A DNA stretch of 34,063 nucleotides from Octopus bimaculoides (taxonomy: Eukaryota). This document shows positions 23,161 to 34,063 of the stretch, one piece after another. Every line of letters starts with the position of its first letter. The first letter of the stretch is position 1. The position numbers and the translations under genes are program-made. The stretch lies in assembly GCF_001194135.2 (NCBI RefSeq), contig NC_068982.1:30685720-30719782 (forward strand), given 5' to 3'. Below the pieces are notes generated by a model. It was not told where the DNA came from and searched no databases. It saw only the letters and a list, made by a program, of their open reading frames with translations.

Positions 23161-23635
23161 AATAGCAGTTTGATGTAGTTGGCAGTTCATAGTTTGGTCT
23201 TCGAAGTCCAGGTATGGTTTACAGTTCAAGTTAGTGTGTTGGAAATATGGATTGATGGTTAGTAAAAGATTGTTGGTTTGTTACGTGTTTGTTACTGCCA
23301 CTTTTTCTATTTTGTATTGTGATAATACTGTTATGGTGTATTCTTTATCTATCATCGACAATATCAACCAGACTATGATATTGGAAGCATAAGGATATAA
23401 CAGTACTCTAGGTGTTACAGCCTAGAACTGATGCAGCCCACTGGCATGAAAATTTTCATGCATGTGCTGGAAGGGTGGCATCACCTTCCACCCATATGAT
23501 TTTACCCATGTGACATTAGTTTTGGGGGAAAAAAAAATCAGTTCTATATTTAATAGATGAGGAATTATGCACATTATTTACACTATTTACATTTATTATA
23601 TTTGACGGATATTTGTCCTCATCTTGTTTGTTGTT

Positions 23636-23678
23636 AACACGTTTCGGCTGATATACCCTCCAGTCTTCATCAGGTGTC
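23636..23678 (-). ncRNA. Minimal type I hammerhead ribozyme (core intact; short deletion at the cleavage site)
   Basis: Minus strand GACAC CTGATGA A GACTG GAGGGTATAT CAGCC GAAA CG T GTT. Confidence 0.62.
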
Positions 23679-23901
23679 TTGGGAAAATTTTGAACCTGGG
23701 TTCTCATTCCTAAGGTATTTTTTGATGTTGTTATAATTATTAAGGGCATATGGCGTAGTGGTTAAGGGTGCGGGCTACTAACACCAAGATTCCGAGTTCG
23801 ATTCCAGGCAGTGACCTGAATAATAATAAGAATGATAATAATAATAATAACAACATCGAAAAAACCTTAGGAGTGAGAACCCAGGTTCAAAATTTCCCCA
23901 A

Positions 23902-23946
23902 GACACCTGATGAAGGTTGGAGGTATATCAGCCAAAATGTTGTGTT
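23902..23946 (+). ncRNA. Minimal type I hammerhead ribozyme, decayed (CGAAACG>CAAAATG)
   Basis: GACAC CTGATGA A GGTTG GAGGTATAT CAGCC AAAA TG TT GTGTT. Confidence 0.55.
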
Positions 23947-25020
23947 AACAACAAACAAGATGAGGACAAATATCTGTCAATTGTAAATAATGTTATTAAT
24001 GAAAAAAATGAAGTCGGATACTTTCTGAATGCACCTTGTATGTGTCTATTTAATACTCAGCCACTTACACACTAATTCACCGGTGAAGCAAGTCAGCTAA
24101 TTGAACAACTGAATCTTCATTGTCAAATGACAGAGATTCACCATCAGATTGACAAAGAGATAATGACAACTCAGCCTCAAGAACATACAGGCTCCTGGTT
24201 TAATCTTCAAATTCAAAATTTCTTTATTAATGAGAAATTTTATTCCCCTGTAATAATTCTGGGTTTTATAATGAAACTTGACTGTATCACACATTTTACA
24301 TCTACAAGAAGGGTAACATCTCTGAATCTACCAATCACCAGACTGTGGTTCGACTTTGAACAACTCAAAAACAATAGAAAATATAGTAAAAGTCTTCCTT
24401 ATTTACCATTTCAACTCTCTTTTCTTACTTAATGATCATTGGTAAAATTGCATCTATAGGTGATCTATTTTTCCTCACCTTTAAGAACGCCACAAATGCT
24501 GGTTGTAAGTAAGGCTGCATGTAACTGATGTAACAACACCTTGCAAACAGTTAATAAGAACTTTTATTTCACTGCACAAGTAATTTTCAGGTTATTCATG
24601 AATTAGAAAATTTCTGCAACAAGTTAGCACAATCAAAAGAATAGTTCCGTAACATTCATAAATAGTTGATTACAAAAGCTCTGTACTCAAACTTTCCAAG
24701 ACAGGAGAAAATATACACATTAGATTCATATCAGCCAACTATAATGACATATCTACGTTGAGTAGGAGTTGTGAAAATCGAATATTATAAACAACAAGAG
24801 AATGTGTAGAGATGGATCACCGGTTGCCACTCGTTGAAACAAAATGTGAGATGTGTGAAAATGTACTGGTCAGTCTCTGCTCAAACTGACTGGAGAGAGT
24901 AAGGATGATATTCTACCCGGACGTGTACAACATTATGCCAAGTTGGCGCTCTAAACATACCCTTTTTATAACCCCTGTATTGTGACATTCAAGAAGGATC
25001 TAGAATGGTCTGTCACATGA

Positions 25021-25062
25021 GGTCTATCTATCTATCTATCTATCTATCTGTCTATCTGTCTG

Positions 25063-25103
<41 letters not shown>

Positions 25104-25106
25104 ATA

Positions 25107-25139
<33 letters not shown>

Positions 25140-25365
25140 TTATGTAAGTAGGTAGATAGGTATGTAGATAGATAGAAAGATAGACAGAAAGACAGACAGA
25201 CAAACAGGTAGAGAGTTATGGGATGAGTAGACAAGTAGTTGAGGAAAAGAGAAAGAAAGTGATGAAGGATGATATGAGGGTTGAAAGAGAAAAGGAAACT
25301 GAAAGAAGAGTGTGTAAAGACAAAAGTGAGTGAAAGTGAAAGAAGAGTAGGTTAGAGAGGAAGAG

Positions 25366-25409
<44 letters not shown>

Positions 25410-25419
25410 NNNNNNNNNN

Positions 25420-25461
<42 letters not shown>

Positions 25462-25907
25462 TAAGAAGAAAGAGGGGATATGTGGAGGAAGCTAGAGAAG
25501 GAGGGAGTGAAAATGAGGGAGAAAATGAGGGAGAGTGAAAGAGAATGTGGGAGGATAAGAGTGTAAGGCAAATAAGAGGAGAAGGAGGAGGTGGCAATGA
25601 CTGGGAGTTTGAGAGTAGAGGAGATGAAAGAGAGAGAGAGAGAGGGAGAGAGAGAAAGAGAGAGAGAAGGAGGAGGAGTTTGAAAGAAGAATGAAGAGGG
25701 ACTGAATGAGTTAGTGAGTGAAGTAAGATGTTAAAGAAGGTCAGAAAAATTGAAAGTGGAGAGAGAGAGAGTGGGGGGAGAGAGAGGGAGAAAGAGAGAC
25801 TGAAAGTGTAGGGAGAGAAAGCAAGGGATAGAGAGAAAGAGGGGTGGTGAGGAAGTTGAGAGTGAACTAGAGTGAGTGGGAGAGAGGATGAGGTTAGTGG
25901 AGAAGAG
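25021..25907. repeat. (TCTA/TCTG)n followed by purine-rich (AG)n low-complexity tract
   Basis: Directly visible. Confidence 0.95.
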
Positions 25908-26744
25908 NNNNNNNNNNNNNNNNNNNNNNNNNNNNNNNNNNNNNNNNNNNNNNNNNNNNNNNNNNNNNNNNNNNNNNNNNNNNNNNNNNNNNNNNNNNNN
26001 NNNNNNNNNNNNNNNNNNNNNNNNNNNNNNNNNNNNNNNNNNNNNNNNNNNNNNNNNNNNNNNNNNNNNNNNNNNNNNNNNNNNNNNNNNNNNNNNNNNN
26101 NNNNNNNNNNNNNNNNNNNNNNNNNNNNNNNNNNNNNNNNNNNNNNNNNNNNNNNNNNNNNNNNNNNNNNNNNNNNNNNNNNNNNNNNNNNNNNNNNNNN
26201 NNNNNNNNNNNNNNNNNNNNNNNNNNNNNNNNNNNNNNNNNNNNNNNNNNNNNNNNNNNNNNNNNNNNNNNNNNNNNNNNNNNNNNNNNNNNNNNNNNNN
26301 NNNNNNNNNNNNNNNNNNNNNNNNNNNNNNNNNNNNNNNNNNNNNNNNNNNNNNNNNNNNNNNNNNNNNNNNNNNNNNNNNNNNNNNNNNNNNNNNNNNN
26401 NNNNNNNNNNNNNNNNNNNNNNNNNNNNNNNNNNNNNNNNNNNNNNNNNNNNNNNNNNNNNNNNNNNNNNNNNNNNNNNNNNNNNNNNNNNNNNNNNNNN
26501 NNNNNNNNNNNNNNNNNNNNNNNNNNNNNNNNNNNNNNNNNNNNNNNNNNNNNNNNNNNNNNNNNNNNNNNNNNNNNNNNNNNNNNNNNNNNNNNNNNNN
26601 NNNNNNNNNNNTTATCCCCAAATGTACCATCTCTACAAGCTTCAAAGAGTTCCCAATCTTTATTCACACTTACACACACGTTTATCATTCATACCCACCG
26701 GCCTACCTTGGCATTCATTCGGTATGAACACTCAGATGTAAATT

Positions 26745-26822
26745 AATTAATTAATTAATTTATTTATTTAGATAGATAGATAGATAGATGGATAAATAGA
26801 TGGATAGATAGATAGACAGACT

Positions 26823-26901
<79 letters not shown>

Positions 26902-28250
26902 GGATAGATAGATTATCGTTAAAAGAGGAAATATGCAGTGTGAAGAATGCAGAAATGAAGGGTAGATATGATGGCAGTAGCTAGAGTATTGGGGAGAGGA
27001 ATAAAAAGAAAGAGGAAACAGGAGAGAGGAGCAGAAGGAAAAAAAGACAAAGAGATGAAGAAAAAGAAGGAAAAAGAATAAGAAGAACGATTTGGAGGTG
27101 GTGTTGGTGGTAGTCTTGTTAGGGGGGTTGTTGTGTCAGAGGCAAAAGAAATTGTTTCGGCAGTGATATGACAGTGGTGTTGGTGTCATTGGAAGTTTTT
27201 TGTTGTTTGTTGTTGGTTGTTTGTTGTTGCTAGTTGCTGTTTTGGCTATGGTGGTGGTGATGGTTGTGTTGGTGGTGGTGGTGGTATCTGTCGTCGTTGT
27301 TGTTGTTGCTGTTGTAGTTGTAGAATTGGTGATGATGTTCTAATGGATTGCTGGTGATGGTAGTGGTGATTTGTAACCACAGTGGTCATAGAAGCAGCAG
27401 CAGCAGCAGTAGTAGTGGGGATCACAAAGATTTTAACAGTAGTGGTAGTAGTGAGTATCATGTAGATTGTAGTAGTAGTAGCAGTAGTGGTGGTGGTGGT
27501 GGTGCTGGTGGTATAAGTGGTAGTTGTTGAGTTTTTCATAATGAGAGTGGTGCCAATGGTTATGGCATTGGTGTAGTAAGACTTGGTCAAGATGACGACG
27601 GTTGGGGAGGGGGGGTGATAACAGAAATAAAACTACTGTTGTTGTTGTTGGCAGCAGCAGCAGCAGTAGTAGTAGTGGTAGTGGTGGTAGTGGTGGTGGT
27701 GGTGGTAGTGGCAACAGTAGTAGTGGTGATGATAGCAGCAGCAGCTGCAGCAGTAGTAGTGGTGGTGGTGGTAGTGGTTGTGGTGATGACAGCAGAAGCA
27801 GTAGCAGCAGCAGTAGTAGTGGTGGTGGTGGTGGTGGAAGTGATAGGAGTAGTAGTAGTGGTGGTGGTGGTGGTGATAGAAGTAGTAGTAGTAGTGGTGG
27901 TGGTGATAATAGCAGTAGCAGCAGTGGTAGTAGTAGTAGTAGTAGAAGTAGTAGTAGTAGTAGTCGTAATAGTAGTAGTAGTAGTAGTAGTGGTAGTAGC
28001 AGTAGCAGCAGCTGAGTGGCTGCAATAGCAACAACAATAAGAAACACACAAAAGAGAAAGCTAAGGAGGGAGGACGAGGCGGAGGGGGAGTTAGGAGGAG
28101 TAGGAGAGTAAAGTTGGGGGAGGAGGAGGAGGAGGGAGGTTGAAGTTAGAGTAAAAGAAGTTTGGAAGACAAGGACATCATGGCATAGCATGAACTAGAT
28201 AGACAGATAGATAGACAGACAGATAGATAGATAGATAGATAGATAGATTG
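26745..28250. repeat. (TAGA)n and compound (GTA/GTG/GCA/GTT)n trinucleotide field
   Basis: Directly visible; source of the poly-S/G/V/T pseudo-ORFs. Confidence 0.95.
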
Positions 28251-28629
28251 GTAAAAATCACGTTTACCCCCAGGCAAAGACTTCATCTCTATTGTCTGAT
28301 TATTACTTCCGTTTGTCACTATCAACCACCAACATCCCCGCCAACCCACCCCACCCCTACTCTCTTACCCCCACCTCCGTTCTCTCCTCCCACTGTCACT
28401 CTCTCTCTCTTTCCTCTTCCATATCAACGCCCCCCCCCACATTCTTCGCGTTTGCTTTCTTTCATCCCCCTCTCTTAGGTTTCTCTGTCTTTCTCTGTCT
28501 CTTTCTGTCTCTTTCTGTTTTACTTTCTCACCTCTTAACTGTTCAGCCTCTCACGGTTTTGCTATTCTCTGGAAAACTTTCTACTTTCTATTTCGATATC
28601 TATCCTCATCATAACACATTCGCATTGAA

Positions 28630-28874
28630 GTGTGCACATGCACGCGTATGTGTATGTCTGTGAGGTTATGTGTCTGTGTGTGTGAGGTTATATGTGTGTG
28701 TGTGTGTATATATAAGTATACATACATTCATACATATACACATATTTATGCACATATGCATACATATATATGTGTGTGTGTGTGTGTGTGTGTATTTATA
28801 CACACACATATATTTGTATATTTATATTTGTATGTATATATACATATGTATATAAATATATGCATATGTATATA

Positions 28875-28915
<41 letters not shown>

Positions 28916-29526
28916 GCATATATTTATGTACATATATACATATATATATCTATACATACAAATATCATATACACCTATATANNNNNNNNNNNNNNNNNNN
29001 NNNNNNNNNNNNNNNNNNNNNNNNNNNNNNNNNNNNNNNNNNNNNNNNNNNNNNNNNNNNNNNNNNNNNNNNNNNNNNNNNNNNNNNNNNNNNNNNNNNN
29101 NNNNNNNNNNNNNNNNNNNNNNNNNNNNNNNNNNNNNNNNNNNNNNNNNNNNNNNNNNNNNNNNNNNNNNNNNNNNNNNNNNNNNNNNNNNNNNNNNNNN
29201 NNNNNNNNNNNNNNNNNNNNNNNNNNNNNNNNNNNNNNNNNNNNNNNNNNNNNNNNNNNNNNNNNNNNNNNNNNNNNNNNNNNNNNNNNNNNNNNNNNNN
29301 NNNNNNNNNNNNNNNNNNNNNNNNNNNNNNNNNNNNNNNNNNNNNNNNNNNNNNNNNNNNNNNNNNNNNNNNNNNNNNNNNNNNNNNNNNNNNNNNNNNN
29401 NNNNNNNNNNNNNNNNNNNNNNNNATATATACTTACATATATATAAATATGTATGTATATATGTATATATATAAACATATATATATATATATATGTGTAT
29501 ATATGTGTGTGTGCATATATATATAT

Positions 29527-29575
<49 letters not shown>

Positions 29576-29832
29576 TACATGCATACACATGCTCACACAC
29601 AGTTTTTTCTATCATCTGTTTTGCTGGGGCTTTTCTTTTTCTTTTTGTCTAAATTTCTACTTTGTAATTCCAGATTCCATTGTATTATATTCTGTAGGTA
29701 TTGTAGTTAGAGCTGCTGCTGCTGTTGTTGTTCTTGTTGGTGTTGTTGCAATTGTGGATATTTTCTTATTTTTGTTATTGCATTTTAGTTTAGTTTTTTT
29801 CCTTCTAGTTTTATTTTTCTCATATCAGTTTA

Positions 29833-29870
<38 letters not shown>

Positions 29871-30253
29871 CTATGTTTTATTGTTTGATGATAAGCATGA
29901 AAATACTACTGCTGCTGCTACTTCTACTACTACTACTACTACTACTAATCATGGACAACACCAAGAGAACTCCCCCCCACCAACCTAACTCCTCCTCCTC
30001 CTACTACTACTACTTAGCCATCCAGAACACCAAGATAACTCCCACCAGCATAATTACTACTACTACTACTATTATCAATGTGAACAGTTTCACTATCACC
30101 ACAGCAACACAAGCTATGCCCCACCATAAACTTTACACTAATTATTCCCCCCACCTACCACCACTAATACTATTACTACTACTACTACTACTGCTGCTGC
30201 TGTTGCTACTACTACTACTACTACTGCTGCTACTACTACTACTACTACTACTG

Positions 30254-30302
<49 letters not shown>

Positions 30303-30481
30303 AGCTGGCATCTCTCTCTTTTAGATGTTCTTCTGCCTCTTCGAAATTGTCTTGTTGTAGCCATTGTCCAAAGCCACCACCGGCTCCGTCACCAGCACCA
30401 CCAGCACCAGCACCACCAGCACCACCATCACCAGCACCACCATCACCACCTCCAGTGTTGTCACCGCTACCATCATTCTAC

Positions 30482-30515
<34 letters not shown>

Positions 30516-30659
30516 CATTGCCACCACTACTACCATGACCAGTTTCTCGATCACCACTGTCATGGACACCACTACACTACCATAATTACCACTACCACAT
30601 TGCTACTACAAGCTGCTAGTGAGGCTGCTGCTGCTGCTGCCCCTCCTCCTCCTCCCCCT

Positions 30660-30697
<38 letters not shown>

Positions 30698-30710
30698 GCA
30701 ATAATAATAA
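28630..30710. repeat. (TG)n/(TA)n/(CA)n and (CTA/CTG/CAT/CAC)n microsatellite field
   Basis: Directly visible. Confidence 0.95.
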
Positions 30711-30724
30711 TAATAGTCCTCTCT

Positions 30725-31855
30725 CCTATAGACACAAAGCCTGAGAATTTGTGGGGCTGGTATTTATTGTATCTACCCTGGAAAACACCAAGAGCAAAGC
30801 TGACCTTGGTGGAATTTGAACTCAGAAGGTCAAGACAGAAAAAAGTACCGCTAAGCATTTTCCCTGACCTGCTAATGAGTCTGCCAGCTTGCCACCTTGA
30901 CAATAATAATAATGATAATAATAACAATAATAATGATAATCCTTTCTATTATAGGCACAAGGCCTGAAATTTTGGGGAAGAGGGTCAGTCAATTAGATCG
31001 ATACCAGTACACAACTGGCACTTAATTTACTACCCCAAAAGGATGAAAGGCAAAGTCGACCTTGGCGGAATTTGAACTCACAGTGTAGCGACATATGAAA
31101 TACTGTTAAGTTTTTTGTCTGGTGTGTTAACATTTCTTATTTCTTTATTGCCCACAGGAGGCTAAACATAGAGGGGACAAACAAGGACAGACAAGTCGAT
31201 TACATCGACCCAAGTGCGTAACTGGTACTTAATATATCGACCGCAAAAGGATGAAAGGCAAAGTCGACCTCGGCAGAATTTGAACTCAGAACATAATGGC
31301 AGACGAAATACTGCTAAGCATTTCGCCCGGCGTGCTAACGTTTCTGCCAGCTCACCGCCGTCAATGTTTTTGCCAACTTGCTGCTTTAATAATAATAATG
31401 ATCCTTTCTAATGGATGCACAAGGCCTGAAATTTGTTGGGAGGAGACTAGTCGATTACATAAACCCCAGTATTTCACTGATACTTAATTTATCGACCCCT
31501 GAAAGGATGAAAGGCAAAGTCGACCTCAGTGGAATTTGAACTCAGAACGTAGTGACAGGCGAAATACCGCTAAGCATTTCGTCTGGTGTGCTAACAATTC
31601 TGCCATCTCGCTGCTTTAATAATGATAATAATAATAATGGTTTCAAATTTTGGTACAGGACCAGCAAGTTCAGGGGATTTACATCGACTTCCACTACTCA
31701 ACTTGTACTTATTTTATCGACTCCGCCCCAAAAGGATGAAAGGCAACGCTGGTCTCAGCAGAATTTGAACTCAAAGCATTAAAAACCAGAAGAAGAAATA
31801 CCATGAAGCATTTTCTTCCAATGCTGTAATAATTCTGCCAATTCACTGCCTTAAA
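30725..31855 (-). mobile_element. Head-to-tail SINE array: A (30725-30899), A split by B (30937-31134, B 31135-31359, remainder 31363-31389), A (31400-31619), A-like (31640-31855)
   Basis: Five copies of the GAAAGGCAAAG..GAATTTGAACTC-type core, all on minus, separated by (AAT)n. Confidence 0.9.
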
Positions 31856-31874
31856 ACTAAGTTTTCAGATCTAG

Positions 31875-32173
31875 ACGTAAAGCCATGTGGCTTAATGGTT
31901 AGGGTATTCGGCTCATGATTGTAAGGTCATGAGTTCAATTCCTGGTGATGCATTGTGTCCTTGAGCAAGACACTTTATTTCATGTGACTCCAGTCCACTC
32001 AGCTGGCAAAAATGAGTAGTAACTGTATTAAAAAGGGCTAGCCGTGTCACATTTTGTATCATGCTGAATCTCCCTAAGAACTACGTTAAGGGCACATTAA
32101 TTGCATGAGCAGGCTGTTCCATTGATTGGATCAACTGGAACCCTCGTCGTCATAACCGATAGAAGGCCAGTGC
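31875..32173 (+). mobile_element. tRNA-head CORE-like SINE carrying the tail of the 1651-2034 family
   Basis: TGGCTTAATGGTTAG (A box), GAGTTCAATTCC (B box), TGTGTCCTTGAGCAAGACACTT; CAGATCTAG duplicated at 31866-31874 and 32174-32182. Confidence 0.85.
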
Positions 32174-32224
32174 CAGATCTAGGCACACAGAGTGAACAAT
32201 TTCAAGGTGTGTATGTGTGTGTGA

Positions 32225-32370
32225 AGATGAGGTAGGGCTGTAATCAATACCTTCAATTCCAGTGCTCAAACGGCCCTTTATTGTATCAATTGTAAAAAGA
32301 TGACAGAGTGGGATTTGAACTCAGATCATAAAGGGCTAGAACAAATACTACAGCAAAGCAGTTCTTCCAG
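32225..32370 (-). mobile_element. Highly decayed type A-like SINE fragment
   Basis: GGATTTGAACTCAGATCATAAAG..AAATACT. Confidence 0.45.
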
Positions 32371-32389
32371 TTTCCTAATGATCGTGTTG

Positions 32390-34063
32390 TTGTCATCATC
32401 ATCATCATCATCATCATCATTGTCATCAACATCATCATCAACATCATCATCATTGTCATTGTCATCATCGTCGTACTCATAATCATCGTCACCATCACCA
32501 TCATTATCATCATCTTCGTCATTGTCATCACCACCAACACCATCATCGTCATCATAAGAAAATCTTCATCATACTGGTCACTGGGATTATCGCCATTATT
32601 GTTGTCATTGCAGTCGTTGATGTCAAATATCCTGGCCGTCATCACCATAGTGATCAGTGACACCATCACCATCACCACCACCACCACCACCACCACCATC
32701 ATGGTTGTCAACATCATCCCCACCATCACCACCACCACCACTACCATCACCACAACCACCACCACCACCACCACCACCATCATGGTTGTCAACATCATCC
32801 CNNNNNNNNNNNNNNNNNNNNNNNNNNNNNNNNNNNNNNNNNNNNNNNNNNNNNNNNNNNNNNNNNNNNNNNNNNNNNNNNNNNNNNNNNNNNNNNNNNN
32901 NNNNNNNNNNNNNNNNNNNNNNNNNNNNNNNNNNNNNNNNNNNNNNNNNNNNNNNNNNNNNNNNNNNNNNNNNNNNNNNNNNNNNNNNNNNNNNNNNNNN
33001 NNNNNNNNNNNNNNNNNNNNNNNNNNNNNNNNNNNNNNNNNNNNNNNNNNNNNNNNNNNNNNNNNNNNNNNNNNNNNNNNNNNNNNNNNNNNNNNNNNNN
33101 NNNNNNNNNNNNNNNNNNNNNNNNNNNNNNNNNNNNNNNNNNNNNNNNNNNNNNNNNNNNNNNNNNNNNNNACCACCGCCACCACCACAACCACCACCAC
33201 CGCCACAACCACCACCACCGCCACCATCATGGTTGTCAACACCGTCACAACTACCACCACCACCACCACTACTGCCATTTCTATCATTACCATCATCACC
33301 ACCACCCTCATCATTACAGTCTCCTTGCCGTTGTCACCGTTGTGGTCATCATTTTCATCGCCATCCTCCTCCTCCTCATCGCCGTCGTCCTCATGATCGT
33401 TGCTCTTGTAGTAACGATGATGATGCTGTCGGTCATTGCCACATTATCACTACCACGACCATCACATCTCCACCCCCACCGCCAAGATGATGGTGGTGGC
33501 GATGGCGAGGATTATAATGATTATCATCATCATCATCATCATCATCACCACCCACATCTTTGTCACCTTCCTTCCTTCCTTCCTTCCTAGATAGAAGATT
33601 TGTGTTATTTTAACTTAACTGTGCCCTCTCCTTGTGTCCACTTATCTTTCTGTTTGTTCTGCTTTGCCACCATGTGCAAGCTGCAGCAAAAGTTCACTAG
33701 ATTGTTGAATTTCTGCACACATTTCACCACCACCACCACCACCACCACCATGATCATCATCATAATCATCACCACCACCACCACCACCACCATGATCATC
33801 ATCAAAATCATCATCATCACCACCACCACCAACATCACCATGATCATCATCATAATCATCATCACCACCACCATGATCATCATCATCATCACCACCAACA
33901 CCACCACCACCACCATGATCATCATCATCACCAACAACACCACCACCACCATGATCATCATCATAATCATCATCATCACCAACACCACCACCACCACCAT
34001 GATCATCATCATAATCATCATCACCACCACCAACACGACCACCACCACCATGATCATCATCAT
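32390..34063. repeat. (CAT/CAC)n compound microsatellite with higher-order units
   Basis: Recurrent ATCATGGTTGTCAAC units (32640-33260) and ACCACCATGATCATCATC units (33723-34063). Confidence 0.92.

Larger units (their letters stand above)
23541..23993 (+). mobile_element. Composite element locus 2: inverted hammerhead tail (23541-23743), tRNA-like head (23744-23820), (AAT)n linker and hammerhead tail
   Basis: Head GGGCATATGGCGTAGTGGTTAAG..GAGTTCGATTCC (23794-23805); the arms are reverse complements over about 140 bp. Confidence 0.88.

Noticed and set aside
23744-23815. Functional tRNA gene (also 22035, 11207 and other heads)
   Set aside because: A and B boxes are present but there is no closing acceptor stem, and the sequence runs into repeat bodies; these are SINE heads.
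24127-24432. 101-aa ORF, and an opposite-strand LFKVEPQSG cadherin-like peptide
   Set aside because: No recognisable domain; the peptide hits a stop after 11 codons.
27246-28191. Long poly-S/G/V/T/L ORFs, and similar ones at 29837-30585 and 32286-34063
   Set aside because: Several frames on both strands are open because trinucleotide repeats lack stops; no domain or splice support.

Overview
Repeat-dense, AT-rich animal genomic DNA with seven N gaps. The SINE and microsatellite content points to an octopod cephalopod (inference). I cannot support any host protein-coding exon; the long ORFs in the track are microsatellite or N-gap artefacts. The window is a nest of decayed transposons. It holds two Penelope-like element (PLE) relics with RT and GIY-YIG motifs (about 2.96-6.2 kb on +, interrupted by a solo LTR and a full-length mariner relic; about 18.5-20.05 kb on -, interrupted by a mariner-type MITE and a 25-bp minisatellite). 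It also holds an R4/Dong-type LINE relic, an RTE fragment, a second mariner fragment and more than 20 tRNA-derived SINE copies. The most interesting structure is at 21.8-24.0 kb. Two copies of a short non-coding element combine a tRNA-like Pol III head, an (AAT)n linker and a tail whose consensus folds as a minimal type I hammerhead ribozyme. Each copy is preceded by an inverted copy of that tail. This looks like a Pol III-driven, ribozyme-bearing non-autonomous partner of PLEs. All homology calls come from motif recognition by eye, not from database searches.
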